From Thermoplasmatales archaeon (GTDB lineage: Archaea; Thermoplasmatota; E2; DHVEG-1), in the NCBI GenBank assembly GCA_041305025.1, contig JBFYMG010000025.1:5590-69589 (forward strand): 64,000 bases of DNA, in the 5' to 3' direction. The position numbers were made by a program, and so were the translations under genes. Under the pieces are notes generated by a model. It saw only the letters and a program-made list of their open reading frames with translations, had not been told where the DNA came from and did no database searches. Below, one piece after another: positions 1 through 9,660 of this stretch. Position 1 is the stretch's first letter. Every line of letters begins with the position of its first letter.

Positions 1-81
1 GTATCATAATCCTAATAAAGTGGTTTCAATATATACAACTTTAGAAAACTATAGTTGTGTATTATATAAAGAATTGATCTT

Positions 82-636
82 ATGGGAAAAATAACTAAAG
101 AAAATCTATTCAATCAGAAGGGTGCTGACTATTACAAGAACATACTGTTTTTTCTAGAGATGTATAAAGATAGGAAACTAGAACTGAAACACTTAAGATA
201 TATGTTAGTAAAATGTGACAAAAAACTATTGCCAAAGAAGTTAAAACAAAACATTAATGATTATCTAGATGCAGAGTTTGAAGACATTATAAGCAATGAC
301 TTGTTTTTAAGGGCATATGATGTTAAATGGATTTGTTTTAAGGAACAGAAGGATAAGAATGGCAATGTTGAAGGGGTTGCCTTTGATAAGGAGATCGATA
401 GTACCAATCTATTAACTTTTTATCTTAACCAGTTAATGAAATTAGAACTTATCTACAAAGTTTATTATAATGCCGATATAGAACATCCAGGTTATGCAAT
501 TACAGAAGATGGCAAGGATCTATTATACAATGCACTATCACACTTCATACTAGATAAGATGTATACTGGTAATGAAGCAAAAAAAGGGTTGATGCGTCTT
601 CTTTCTGGAAAACTAGCTAGTAAATCATATAAATGA
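82..636 (+). CDS. hypothetical protein (184 aa), no recognisable motifs
   Basis: Intact ORF with ATG start. K/E/Y-rich soluble protein with no motif I can assign. Confidence 0.4.
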   Translation: MGKITKENLFNQKGADYYKNILFFLEMYKDRKLELKHLRYMLVKCDKKLLPKKLKQNINDYLDAEFEDIISNDLFLRAYDVKWICFKEQKDKNGNVEGVAFDKEIDSTNLLTFYLNQLMKLELIYKVYYNADIEHPGYAITEDGKDLLYNALSHFILDKMYTGNEAKKGLMRLLSGKLASKSYK

Positions 637-733
637 GGCGTTTTAATAATTCAAATATTTGACCCAAAAGGTAATAAAACATTAAATTATTAGATATATG
701 TCATAGGACAAAGAGTGTTTATGACCTCAGACA

Positions 734-791
734 ACCAGGAGGTTGGCTTAGAAGCAGTCATCCTTTAAAGAAAGCGTAACAGCTCACTGGT
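734..791 (+). ncRNA. Isolated 23S rRNA-like fragment matching the GTPase-associated-centre (L11/L10-binding, helices 42-44) domain
   Basis: accaggaggttggcttagaagcagtcatcctttaaagaaagcgtaacagctcactggt matches my recollection of the minimal 58-nt L11-binding 23S rRNA domain (E. coli 1051-1108) at roughly 53 of 58 positions (identity estimated from memory, not counted). It lies in an intergenic spacer between convergent genes; no other rRNA sequence is nearby. Confidence 0.6.
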
Positions 792-889
792 CGAGGTTAT
801 ATGCCTTGAATTTGAAAAATAAGAATCATCAAGTTATAATGAGTATGGTTTTTACACTGATTTCATTTTAACAATTTTGATTAAATATT

Positions 890-1912
890 CTAAATATCCC
901 AACAGCTGCCTAATTCAGATTTTAGATCAGTTACAACATCATCTACGTTTTTGTTTTCTTCTGCACAATCTTTGAATTCGACGGGCTGAGAAATTAGTTG
1001 CCCTAATTGAGATACTAGGCATTTACCCATCCACTCCAGGTTGTAACCGCCTTCCAAGCTACATACTATTTTAGGTTGTATTTTTTGAAATTTAGATATC
1101 ATTTCTCCGAAAAAATTAGAGGTAATTTTCAGACCGCCGAGAGGGTCAAGATGATGAGAATCAAAACCCGCTGAAATTAATATTATATCAGGTTTAAATT
1201 GGTGAGCAATGGGAAGAAAAACCTCATCAAAGAGTATTGAAACTGCTTTGTCTCCGTTGCCATAGGCAAGAGGGGCGTTTATTGTATATCCAAGTCCTTG
1301 GCCCGTTCCTATTTCCTGTGCATCTCCAGTTCCGGGATAATGGGAAGATAGATGAAACGATTGATACAATACGTCTTTTCTACCGTAAAATATACTTTGA
1401 GTGCCATTTCCGTGGTGAACATCATGATCGAAGATGAGGACTTTTTTTCCGAGTTTTGAAGTCTCATTTGCAGCTATGGCGACGTTATTAAAAAGACAGA
1501 AGCCCATGGATCTATCAGCGGTTGCATGGTGCCCGGGAGGTCTTACCAATGCAAAGGCATTATCTGCTTTTCCCTTGAGTACATCTTTGCTCATCTGAAC
1601 TAGTCCTCCTGCTGCAAGTCTTGCTACATTGTAGGAACATTCGCAAACATAAGTATCCATATCAAGCCACCCACCACCATCGGAACTTATTTCTTTCACT
1701 AGTTGAATCATTTCCTCAGAATGTACTGATTTCAGCACTTCTTCTTGTAAAATCTTTGGTTCAATGAATTCAAGATTTTTGTAAAAAGGTGCTTTTTTAA
1801 TTTCTTTAATTATGGCTTGTAGTCGTTTTGAATTCTCAGGGTGACTTGGATTGTCGTGTCTGTTGTATTTCTCCGAGTAGACTATCTGAGTGGTCATATT
1901 CGAAACCAGCAA
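890..1912 (-). CDS. Histone deacetylase / acetoin-utilisation (AcuC) family deacetylase
   Basis: RPPGHHA motif, FDHDVHHGNGTQ motif, GFCLFNNVAIAA and a glycine-rich C-terminal loop; typical length of 340 aa. Confidence 0.88.
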   Translation of the reverse strand: MLVSNMTTQIVYSEKYNRHDNPSHPENSKRLQAIIKEIKKAPFYKNLEFIEPKILQEEVLKSVHSEEMIQLVKEISSDGGGWLDMDTYVCECSYNVARLAAGGLVQMSKDVLKGKADNAFALVRPPGHHATADRSMGFCLFNNVAIAANETSKLGKKVLIFDHDVHHGNGTQSIFYGRKDVLYQSFHLSSHYPGTGDAQEIGTGQGLGYTINAPLAYGNGDKAVSILFDEVFLPIAHQFKPDIILISAGFDSHHLDPLGGLKITSNFFGEMISKFQKIQPKIVCSLEGGYNLEWMGKCLVSQLGQLISQPVEFKDCAEENKNVDDVVTDLKSELGSCWDI

Positions 1913-2006
1913 ATGAAGTATAATAACCAGATATAAAACTATTCTAATAATTTAAGTATAATATAGTGTATTGTGGGTAATTAATTGAATTGGGGGTAAA
2001 TGATTA

Positions 2007-4874
2007 ATGGATGATATGTTACTTGGCATTTCACCTGAGTTTTTATATTTCCATAAAATGCCTCCAAAAAAAGTATCAGATCTTCATAGACCGTATTTTT
2101 TGGCTTTTTGTCCTAAAGACAAAAATATAGAAAATACTAGAAAGGAACTTTTAAGAAAATGGGAAGCAAAAACATCGGAAGAAGACGCTCTGTCCAAAAT
2201 AGAAGAAATCGGTGAAGTTGAAAACCATAGAAGTTTCTGGGACGTCAAAAGCACAAGGAATGTGTTTAGGGTTTATACTAAAAAATCTTATTTTGTTCCA
2301 GACGTAAGCGATCATTTATTCTTCAACCATGGTTTCTATACAGCAGAGCACGACATACCATATCATCAAAGAGCCCTGGTAGATTTAGCAGTGGAAAACA
2401 AAGCTTGGATTTTTGATACAAGTGGAGAAAAAAAGAAACTCAAAGTTTTAATTTACGACATAGAAATTACGCAATACGAAGAAGGGAAAAAAGATTTACC
2501 GATCGACATAATTGGTTATTCTAACTTTGATATTTTATTTGAATCGGATAAAAATTTAGAAAACGAAGAATTTTATTTTGACATCCTAGACTGCCCGTCT
2601 GGCTGGGAAGATATGGAAGTTAACCAACTTATTTCGCGTAATGTTGACGAAGAGGTAGAAAACCTCCACGCGATGTGTAAACTATTAGGGGAACATGACA
2701 TTATATCTGGGCATAATATCGCAGGTTTTGACAACTTCCATATGTATGGAAGGATAAACTGGATTTTAAGAACTTGTCACGATAAACTTTCTAACGATGA
2801 AAGAAAAACCTTCCAAGAGTTTATAGAAAAATATACTCGCCTAGACAAATCTTTCCATTTCGGTGTCGGTTCAGAAGTTGTACAATTTTATCCATCCAGT
2901 TTTGATACTTATCTTGCGGCAAGAAAATTTTATTCTTTTTTAGATGAATTCAGTCTCAAGACACTAGCTCCTTTTCTAAATGTAATAGTGAAGGATCGTA
3001 TTCTTTTGACTCCATCCCAGATAAAAATAGATGCTAGAACGTTAAAATACAACAAACAAGATGTGCTGGAGCAAATTGGCGTAACGCTTAATCTAATCCA
3101 GCAGGCATTGCCACTTGCATTTACTACATGTATGCCTTTTGATATGCTGCTTCCGTCCGGAGCTGTAAATATTTGGGACCATATGGCGCTTATAAGAGGG
3201 GCCACCCAAAAGAAAATCATGCCACCCATCTGTCGAGTTAAGTCTGTTTCGCAGACATTACTGAGAGATTTTAGGGGATGCAACACAAGGGAAGAAATAG
3301 TAAAATCGGCTAAGAAAAAAAGAGAACAACTTTCTAAAGATTTTTTACGGGTTTTGAAATACGGAGAAGAAATGCCCGAGTGGGTTGAATACCCTTATGT
3401 AATCCATAATGAACGCGCAGAGGATGCAGATGAATCGTTGAATTACCACATGCCTGGCGGCATGACAATAAAACCTGACAAAGAAGCACATTCTCATTTT
3501 ATTCCTTGGTATCATGTAGTTGTCGCCGATGTTGGTGCGATGTATCCGACGATTCTCAAAGCAATGAATGTCGGTGCAGATACGGTACGGCTGGCTACAA
3601 AAGTCGAAAAGCCTGACGATTGGATATGGTTGAAAAAACTTCCTGAGGAATTTTTTAAAAATAGAGACGTGAATTGGAGGAAAGTTACTGAAGATGATTC
3701 ATTTGCAGATAAAGGGTTCATGCTGGGTATAAAAATCGATAGTAATCCAGGAGTGGTAAATCTTGCTATGACTGGTATTATGAACATGATTGCAAAAACA
3801 AAAAAAGAACTTAAGAAAGCAAAAGAAAAGGGAGATAAATTAGAGCTGCAAAGACTGAAGATGATGTATCAAAGTATGAAGGGCGCTCGTAATGCTGGAA
3901 CTCATGGGATTTTAGCTGCACCAACTGTAACTGGACGGCAGTTCAATCTTTGGGGTGCTGCAGCAATTACTACAAAAGGCCAGATGATACTTTCAGATAC
4001 ATTAAATTATCTTGAAAACAGAAATATTCGCGTTGTTTACGGCGATACCGATGGAATTTATTTGGGATGCTCGAGGTCTGCAGGAAACTTACCTGAATTT
4101 TCAAAGGCATTAGGACTTTCCATAAATCAGGATGATAAAACGTGGTTGACCAAACCCGAAGTTGCCATCGCTGCAATTGAGCAGTGCAACAAAAAATGGC
4201 AGAATGATCTTAAGTATCCTGATTTTGAATTAGAACCCGAAATTCATGATGGGATGATCTTTGTCAAACATAAGAATTACCTCATTTTTGATGTAAAAGA
4301 TGGCAAAATTGAGCTGACAACAAAGGGTAACAACTTTAAAGGTTCAGACAAAGCAAATATTGCGCGTAAAGTGCTCGAAAATATAATGATGGGTGTTTTG
4401 AAAGATAATCCTTGTTGGGATGATGAAGAAAAAGCAAGAAAGGCGATAAAAAATAGTATTATGAGTAAAACGAAAGACAGTCTTTTAAAACTAGATTTAT
4501 CACAGGTAGATATCAATGATTTGACATTGATTCAATCCGTTCAACCTTCTAAACGATATAAGACAATTCGAGATGGGTCAACGTCCGTATTTGGTAAACG
4601 CTCTGCAGCATTGGAAAAACTTATTGACCAGCAAATAAAAACCCGTATAAAAATGAAGTTTGTTGTTACGAAAAGACCGCTTCCGGGCATTATGAATCCT
4701 TCAAAGAGTGGTGTTAAACCTATCGATTATATGTATCCGGTGGATCTTTTAAAAGATGTAAAAGAAATCGATCTTGAATGGTACAAAAAGATGATTGAAA
4801 ATTATATAGAGGGAGCATTTGGTCTTTCAGATATTTCAGCAACAGAACAAAAAGGTCTTGATGCTTGGATGTAG
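2007..4874 (+). CDS. polB: Family B DNA polymerase (PolB), no intein
   Basis: Exo I motif LIYDIEI, motif A region DVGAMYPTIL, motif C YGDTDGIYL, KKKY-like region; 955 aa. Confidence 0.85.
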   Translation: MDDMLLGISPEFLYFHKMPPKKVSDLHRPYFLAFCPKDKNIENTRKELLRKWEAKTSEEDALSKIEEIGEVENHRSFWDVKSTRNVFRVYTKKSYFVPDVSDHLFFNHGFYTAEHDIPYHQRALVDLAVENKAWIFDTSGEKKKLKVLIYDIEITQYEEGKKDLPIDIIGYSNFDILFESDKNLENEEFYFDILDCPSGWEDMEVNQLISRNVDEEVENLHAMCKLLGEHDIISGHNIAGFDNFHMYGRINWILRTCHDKLSNDERKTFQEFIEKYTRLDKSFHFGVGSEVVQFYPSSFDTYLAARKFYSFLDEFSLKTLAPFLNVIVKDRILLTPSQIKIDARTLKYNKQDVLEQIGVTLNLIQQALPLAFTTCMPFDMLLPSGAVNIWDHMALIRGATQKKIMPPICRVKSVSQTLLRDFRGCNTREEIVKSAKKKREQLSKDFLRVLKYGEEMPEWVEYPYVIHNERAEDADESLNYHMPGGMTIKPDKEAHSHFIPWYHVVVADVGAMYPTILKAMNVGADTVRLATKVEKPDDWIWLKKLPEEFFKNRDVNWRKVTEDDSFADKGFMLGIKIDSNPGVVNLAMTGIMNMIAKTKKELKKAKEKGDKLELQRLKMMYQSMKGARNAGTHGILAAPTVTGRQFNLWGAAAITTKGQMILSDTLNYLENRNIRVVYGDTDGIYLGCSRSAGNLPEFSKALGLSINQDDKTWLTKPEVAIAAIEQCNKKWQNDLKYPDFELEPEIHDGMIFVKHKNYLIFDVKDGKIELTTKGNNFKGSDKANIARKVLENIMMGVLKDNPCWDDEEKARKAIKNSIMSKTKDSLLKLDLSQVDINDLTLIQSVQPSKRYKTIRDGSTSVFGKRSAALEKLIDQQIKTRIKMKFVVTKRPLPGIMNPSKSGVKPIDYMYPVDLLKDVKEIDLEWYKKMIENYIEGAFGLSDISATEQKGLDAWM

Positions 4875-5120
4875 TTGCCCCCGTTATTTAAAAATTCAAC
4901 AGGAGAAAAATTCAAGAGAAAACTATTTATTCAAAAATGATATTATTATAGCGGGGGACTAGAGAGTATATTGGGGAGGTATCTTTAAGTACCTGCTTTC
5001 CACTTAGAGGCACATTCCTCCTATCAATGCATCCCGTCCCCCACCTATCCATCACTTACTTTTTATTTATAAAATATAGCTATTGTTTTTCTTTTTGTCT
5101 TTAAATAAACTTAAAAATTG

Positions 5121-5134
5121 AAAAATAAAAAAAA
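5121..5134 (-). terminator. Oligo-T tract (on minus strand) downstream of rpl12, inside an 8-bp inverted repeat (5118-5125 / 5142-5149)
   Basis: Plus-strand A-run aaaaataaaaaaaa corresponds to a minus-strand T-run about 80 nt after the rpl12 stop. Archaeal termination typically occurs at oligo-T. Confidence 0.35.
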
Positions 5135-5215
5135 GGTTGTTTTTTCAACAAATAGGAGCAACTTGGTTTTTTTTGTCGCCCAAAATTTGTTGAAACAACA
5201 AATGATGTTAATGCT

Positions 5216-5530
5216 TTATCCGAATAATGCGCCTAGGCCTGCTGCTGCCTCTTCTTCAGAGACTTCTTCTTTCTTTTCTTTCTTTTTTCCTTCGGTTTTT
5301 TTGTCAGCAGACGCTTCTCCAGATGCTGCGGGTGCTGGTGCAGCGGCCACTGGAATTGCAGCTGTCTTGATGGCTTCATCGATGTTTACTCCATCTAAAG
5401 ATGCCACCAATGCTTTAATTCTTGATTCATCTGCTTTCACGCCAGCGGCAGTGAGAACTTTTTTTACATGTTCTTCTGTAATCTTCTGGCCTGCGGAATG
5501 AAGAAGCATTGCGCTGTATATATATTCCAT
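5216..5530 (-). CDS. rpl12: 50S ribosomal protein L12 (P1-type stalk protein)
   Basis: [20 protein letters not shown]... with alanine-rich hinge, acidic KE tail and C-terminal GLGALFG; canonical archaeal L12. Confidence 0.92.
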   Translation of the reverse strand: MEYIYSAMLLHSAGQKITEEHVKKVLTAAGVKADESRIKALVASLDGVNIDEAIKTAAIPVAAAPAPAASGEASADKKTEGKKKEKKEEVSEEEAAAGLGALFG

Positions 5531-5545
5531 TTCTTTTTCCTCCTG

Positions 5546-6433
5546 TTATGTTATCATTTTCTTTAAATCTTCATCTAATGCATCCTTTGCACTCGATGCC
5601 AAGGCTAGCATGCCTCCATGCGCCTTTGAAACTAAATTTTTAATTGTTTCTTTTGTAATTATATTTCTTTCCATTGCAAGTATAAAAGCGTGGTTATGCG
5701 CCTTATGTAGCAAGGGCTTAATCGTTAGTTTGTTGGTCCAAGCAGATTCTATTGCGAGGTTAAATGCATAGCTTGATGCCTGATGCATTTTTGCTTTGAA
5801 TTCATCAATATTAATGTCCAGAACGTCTGATTTAAAGATACTTCCATTCTCATAAACTCCGTGAAGAGTCATGCCTATTTCTATCGGGTATATCTCAAGT
5901 CTAGTGAGCATTTGTGCAATATCTGCAGGAATCTTTTTTCCAGCAGGAACAAGGACCTTATCGTTTTTAATGACAACTTTTCCCTCTTGAATTGCAGCAG
6001 GAATACCTGCTTTTTGTAATTCTCCAACAATGGGTCCTGGTTTAAACGGCGTATCTCCGGCTTTTACCTCGATATCGTGTGCTGCTGTTTCTCCACCTTT
6101 TGCAGGTGCCATTGTTCGGGTGGCTTTAACATGCCCAAAAAGTTTAAACGGATTCATATCTGTTGCAATAATTGCAGCTTGACCGTTCACCATGCTTTTC
6201 AATTCATTGATGCCTTTTACTTTTTTTTCAGCTTCGTCAAGTGCCCTCAAAATTAGAGTATTTTTTGCCGAACGAATTACTGTTTCAGTCTCATTGAGAT
6301 TTTTCCTCATTCTTTGCATCTGCGGAGATGGAATGCCACCGATTTCGACAATTCCAATTACCTTTTTATTTGTTAAAAGATGGGTAATCTCCTTTACTTC
6401 TCCGTGCTTCCAGTCTGAAACGTGAGCTGTCAT
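5546..6433 (-). CDS. rpl10: 50S ribosomal protein L10 (P0)
   Basis: Position in the L1-L10-L12 operon; 295 aa, N-terminal rRNA-binding-like domain and acidic C-terminus (DEDLKKMIT). Confidence 0.88.
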   Translation of the reverse strand: MTAHVSDWKHGEVKEITHLLTNKKVIGIVEIGGIPSPQMQRMRKNLNETETVIRSAKNTLILRALDEAEKKVKGINELKSMVNGQAAIIATDMNPFKLFGHVKATRTMAPAKGGETAAHDIEVKAGDTPFKPGPIVGELQKAGIPAAIQEGKVVIKNDKVLVPAGKKIPADIAQMLTRLEIYPIEIGMTLHGVYENGSIFKSDVLDINIDEFKAKMHQASSYAFNLAIESAWTNKLTIKPLLHKAHNHAFILAMERNIITKETIKNLVSKAHGGMLALASSAKDALDEDLKKMIT

Positions 6434-6443
6434 TACTATCCCC

Positions 6444-7094
6444 CTAAATTACCCGTTCTGATGGCCCCATTGTGGTCTTAACATGTATAGAGCCTATGTT
6501 CATTCGTCCTTTTTCCAATTTTTGTTCAATTCGTTTGATAATTGCATCTATGTTATCCGCAATGTTTTCTTTGGACATTTCTTCATTACCAACAATTGTA
6601 TGAAAAGTCTTAGTCTTGGCTCGAATCTTTACAGTATTGCGTAGATTTTTCACTAAACCAGAGATATCAGCATTTGGAGGCACTGGCCTGGGCATTTTCC
6701 CCCTTGGACCTAAAACAGTACCTAGTGTTTTACCAATTGTTGGCATGAGAGGGGCTTCGGCTATAAAGAAGTCGTGCGCTTCGGCTATCTTTTTAAACTT
6801 CTTTTTATCTTTGGAAAGATCCCCGATCTCCTCTGGCTTAATTAACAAGTCAACATGAGTCTTTGATTTAACGGCAAGCTCACCACTTGCAAAAAGAGCG
6901 ATTTTTGCCACACTGCCTCTACCATGGGGCAGGATTATTTCTTCCTCAAGACGATTCTTAGGATTATTCAAATCTATGTTTTTCAGGTTTACAACTAGAT
7001 CTACGTTTTGTTTGAATTTTCTTTCAAGCTTCTTAGATTCTTCTAAGATTTTGCTAACTACTTCTACAGTTTTTTTGTCCGTCATAGACATCAT
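6444..7094 (-). CDS. rpl1: 50S ribosomal protein L1
   Basis: 216 aa. Conserved L1 features (HGRG loop, GKTLGTVLGPRGKMP), immediately upstream of rpl10. Confidence 0.9.
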   Translation of the reverse strand: MMSMTDKKTVEVVSKILEESKKLERKFKQNVDLVVNLKNIDLNNPKNRLEEEIILPHGRGSVAKIALFASGELAVKSKTHVDLLIKPEEIGDLSKDKKKFKKIAEAHDFFIAEAPLMPTIGKTLGTVLGPRGKMPRPVPPNADISGLVKNLRNTVKIRAKTKTFHTIVGNEEMSKENIADNIDAIIKRIEQKLEKGRMNIGSIHVKTTMGPSERVI

Positions 7095-7187
7095 CGAGTG
7101 TTTTTATATGCCTTTTTCTCCATAAGAGTGCGGAGAATGTAGTCTTCGGGAATGACAACCCCATTTATAAAAGTTTGGTATAACCTA

Positions 7188-8144
7188 TTAATCGTTTATC
7201 CGTTCTATAATTAAATCAAGTATCTCTTCTGGTCCTCTGATCTTCTTCAACTCTTTTTTAGCAATGAGGGGAGTACCCTCTATATTTTTCTTATTAACTT
7301 CCTTATCTGTAAAAAGAACGGCGTATCTCTCTGTTATTTTAGAGATGCTACTGACAATTTGTGCTTTTTTAATTATTTTTTTGTCGTATTTGTGAACACA
7401 AGTCAATATTATTCTTTCTTTGTCTTTGCTAAGTGCCTCAAAAGGACTTCGTTCCATGGGAATTATCTTGTACCCGACACTTTCCAATATGGAGAATATC
7501 TCCATTTGAAAATCTCTGAGATGTTCTGTTTCTCCATGAAATGATGTTGTCTCTTTTTTATCCGAGAGTGAAGGTTTTAGAATATCTATGGGCGTGGTTA
7601 CAGGGCTACCAAGTAGCTCCTCAATTCGTGAAGCAATATCCACTCGTGCATTCATGCCGTCTTCATACATACTTGCTGTTCTACGCGATACTCGCACATA
7701 TCGTGCAAACGAACCTAGAGAGATATTTTGTTCCTGTCTAAGTTTTTTGAGTTTTTCTCGATCCAGATTAACATACAGACCGCCAGGTGCTGCATATGCC
7801 TTTAGAGGCATTCCTTCAAGAAGATAATCTCTGAGACTGTTTGGCGTTATAGTTTGAATTCCAAATCTATCGTAAACAACATCGTCTTCAAGAAATCCTA
7901 TTCCGCTTCTTTCTCCAATTAATAATGGAGAGCCCCTCAATAGTATAGATAATACTCTTAGTTCCTTGGCAACGTCCTCTGATAAAGCATCTATATTTGT
8001 CAAAACTTTAATTATTAGTAACGAATTGTCCCTTCTTGCAACTAAATCAAAACCTATCGGACGTATAATGCATAGATCAGAGACATAAAACCCTGCTTTG
8101 GTCAAGGTTTCTCTGATGTTTCCTAACAGCTCTGTTCGATCCAT
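7188..8144 (-). CDS. Putative HTH (XRE-type) transcriptional regulator, COG1395-like archaeal family
   Basis: Central HTH_3-like segment ISLGSFARYVRVSRRTASMYEDG within an approximately 320-aa protein, the typical size of the archaeal COG1395 family. Divergent from tiaS. Confidence 0.55.
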   Translation of the reverse strand: MDRTELLGNIRETLTKAGFYVSDLCIIRPIGFDLVARRDNSLLIIKVLTNIDALSEDVAKELRVLSILLRGSPLLIGERSGIGFLEDDVVYDRFGIQTITPNSLRDYLLEGMPLKAYAAPGGLYVNLDREKLKKLRQEQNISLGSFARYVRVSRRTASMYEDGMNARVDIASRIEELLGSPVTTPIDILKPSLSDKKETTSFHGETEHLRDFQMEIFSILESVGYKIIPMERSPFEALSKDKERIILTCVHKYDKKIIKKAQIVSSISKITERYAVLFTDKEVNKKNIEGTPLIAKKELKKIRGPEEILDLIIERIND

Positions 8145-8190
8145 TTGCAGGTGAAGCTAAAGTAAAATTTAATATATAATAATATCGGGA

Positions 8191-9518
8191 GTGAAATTAT
8201 CTGGATAGGAATAGATGATACTGATTCAAAAAGAGGGGGATGCACAACATATGTAGCTCGGGCCATAGTCAAAAAATTAACAAGGGATGGATATGACATT
8301 ATAAGATACCCGCGACTTGTAAGATTAAATCCAAACATACCTTGGAAGACAAGAGGCAATGGAGCAATTTGTATACAATTTGGAAAAGGTATGGGCAAGA
8401 AAATTAAGATAGGAGAAATGGAAAATGAAAATATCTTCTGCTATACCAAAAAGTCATCTGAGAAATACAAAGAAGCCGATATAAAAAAAATAAGGAATCT
8501 CTTAGAATCTATTGTAGATAAGTACGCGAGATTTGAAGATACAAATACAAACCCCGGATTTGTCATTCTGCGGGATCAACCATCTTTTGACATCTATGAG
8601 CAAACGGTAAAAGAAGTCGTTAAAATAAGGGATATCGAAAGATTATTGAAATCAATTGATGCAGTTTATAAGGGTTATAAAAACTGTAGAGGAATCATTG
8701 GAGCTACCGCCGCAATAGCTTGGTCGCCTTTAGAAGATAAGACGTACGAGTTGATTGCTTATAGAGAGAGAAAGAAATGGGGAACAAAAAGAACAGTAGA
8801 TGCAGATTCAGCCAAAAAGATGGATAAAGCCTGTCCATCAACTTTTGACAACTATGATTACAGAAATAAACATAATCGACTCACCCCAAGTTCACCTTGC
8901 CCCATATTATATGGCATAAGAGGCGATGATGCAAAAGAGTTAATACGCGCCAGAGCTCTCATAAAATCTGAGAAAGTTGACTGCTGGATGATTTTTGAGA
9001 CGAATCAGGGTACCGATGATCATCTTTTAAATAGGAACATAAGTGATGTGCAGCCATATCAATCAGTTATAATAGAGGGCACTATAGAAACAAATCATCA
9101 TACAATAAAAGGTGGCCATGTCATATTCACAATTAAAGACGCTACGGGAAAAATTGATTGTGCTGCCTATGAACCTACAAAGGAGTTTAGAAGAGTCATT
9201 AGAGAGCTACGCGTAGGAGATATTGTTGAAGTCTATGGTGGTGTAAGAAAGAAACCTTTAACTGTCAATATTGAAAAAATAAAGATAAGGCATCTAGCAA
9301 AACAGATTGAAAAAATAGAGAACCCCATTTGCCCAAAATGTGGTAAACACATGAAATCAAAAGGAAAAAATCAAGGTTACAAATGTATAATTTGTGGTAA
9401 GACAAGTAAAAAACCATTGATGAAAGAAAAAAAACGGGCAATTAAAAATGGTTTTTATGAGGTTCCGGTGTGCGCTAGAAGACATTTGAGTAAACCATTG
9501 AAGCGAATGGCACCATAA
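8191..9518 (+). CDS. tiaS: tRNA(Ile2) 2-agmatinylcytidine synthetase TiaS; N-terminal frame discontinuity
   Basis: In-frame N-terminus ...IIWIGIDDTDSKRGGCTTYVA... is the TiaS hallmark. C-terminal Zn ribbon CPKCG...CIICG. No ATG/GTG/TTG lies in frame between the stop at 8163 and Met-8391. GTG at 8191 becomes in-frame (V/M-K-I-I-W-I-G-I-D-D) only if the A-run 8194-8196 has one extra A. Confidence 0.75.
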
Positions 9519-9522
9519 GTCT

Positions 9523-9530
9523 TTTTAAGG
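9523..9530 (+). promoter_or_regulatory. Candidate TATA box (TTTTTAAG) for tRNA-Gly
   Basis: AT-rich box about 32-39 nt upstream of the mature tRNA 5' end, implying a short leader. Confidence 0.3.
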
Positions 9531-9561
9531 GGTTTTTGCTACTTGGTTTCTAACATCCATT

Positions 9562-9634
9562 GCGGGTGTAGTGTAGTCTGGTATCACTTAAGCTTGCCAA
9601 GCTTAAAACTCGGGTTCAAATCCCGGCGCCCGCA
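9562..9634 (+). tRNA. tRNA-Gly (anticodon GCC)
   Basis: Manual cloverleaf: acceptor GCGGGTG/CGCCCGC; anticodon stem TAAGC/GCTTA with loop TTGCCAA; T-arm CTCGGGTTCAAATCCCGG; no encoded CCA; 73 nt. Confidence 0.85.
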
Positions 9635-9660
9635 TTTTTAGTAACCTAAGGGAGCATGAA

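Noticed and set aside
3512-4516. Several 68-118-aa minus-strand ORFs inside polB
   Set aside because: All lie antisense within the conserved PolB reading frame; no motifs.
4950-5043. Possible C/D-box or H/ACA guide RNA in the polB-rpl12 spacer
   Set aside because: A GTGATGG sequence exists on the minus strand, but there is no matching D box (CTGA) at the appropriate distance and no ACA/ANANNA arrangement. Kept only as a generic structured-RNA candidate.
5118-5501. 127-aa ORF on plus strand
   Set aside because: Antisense to the well-supported rpl12 gene and composed of Ala/Ser/Phe low-complexity sequence; an artefact of reading the L12 alanine/acidic region backwards.
7359-7827. Small plus-strand ORFs inside the COG1395 regulator gene
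   Set aside because: Antisense to a well-formed 318-aa gene; no motifs.
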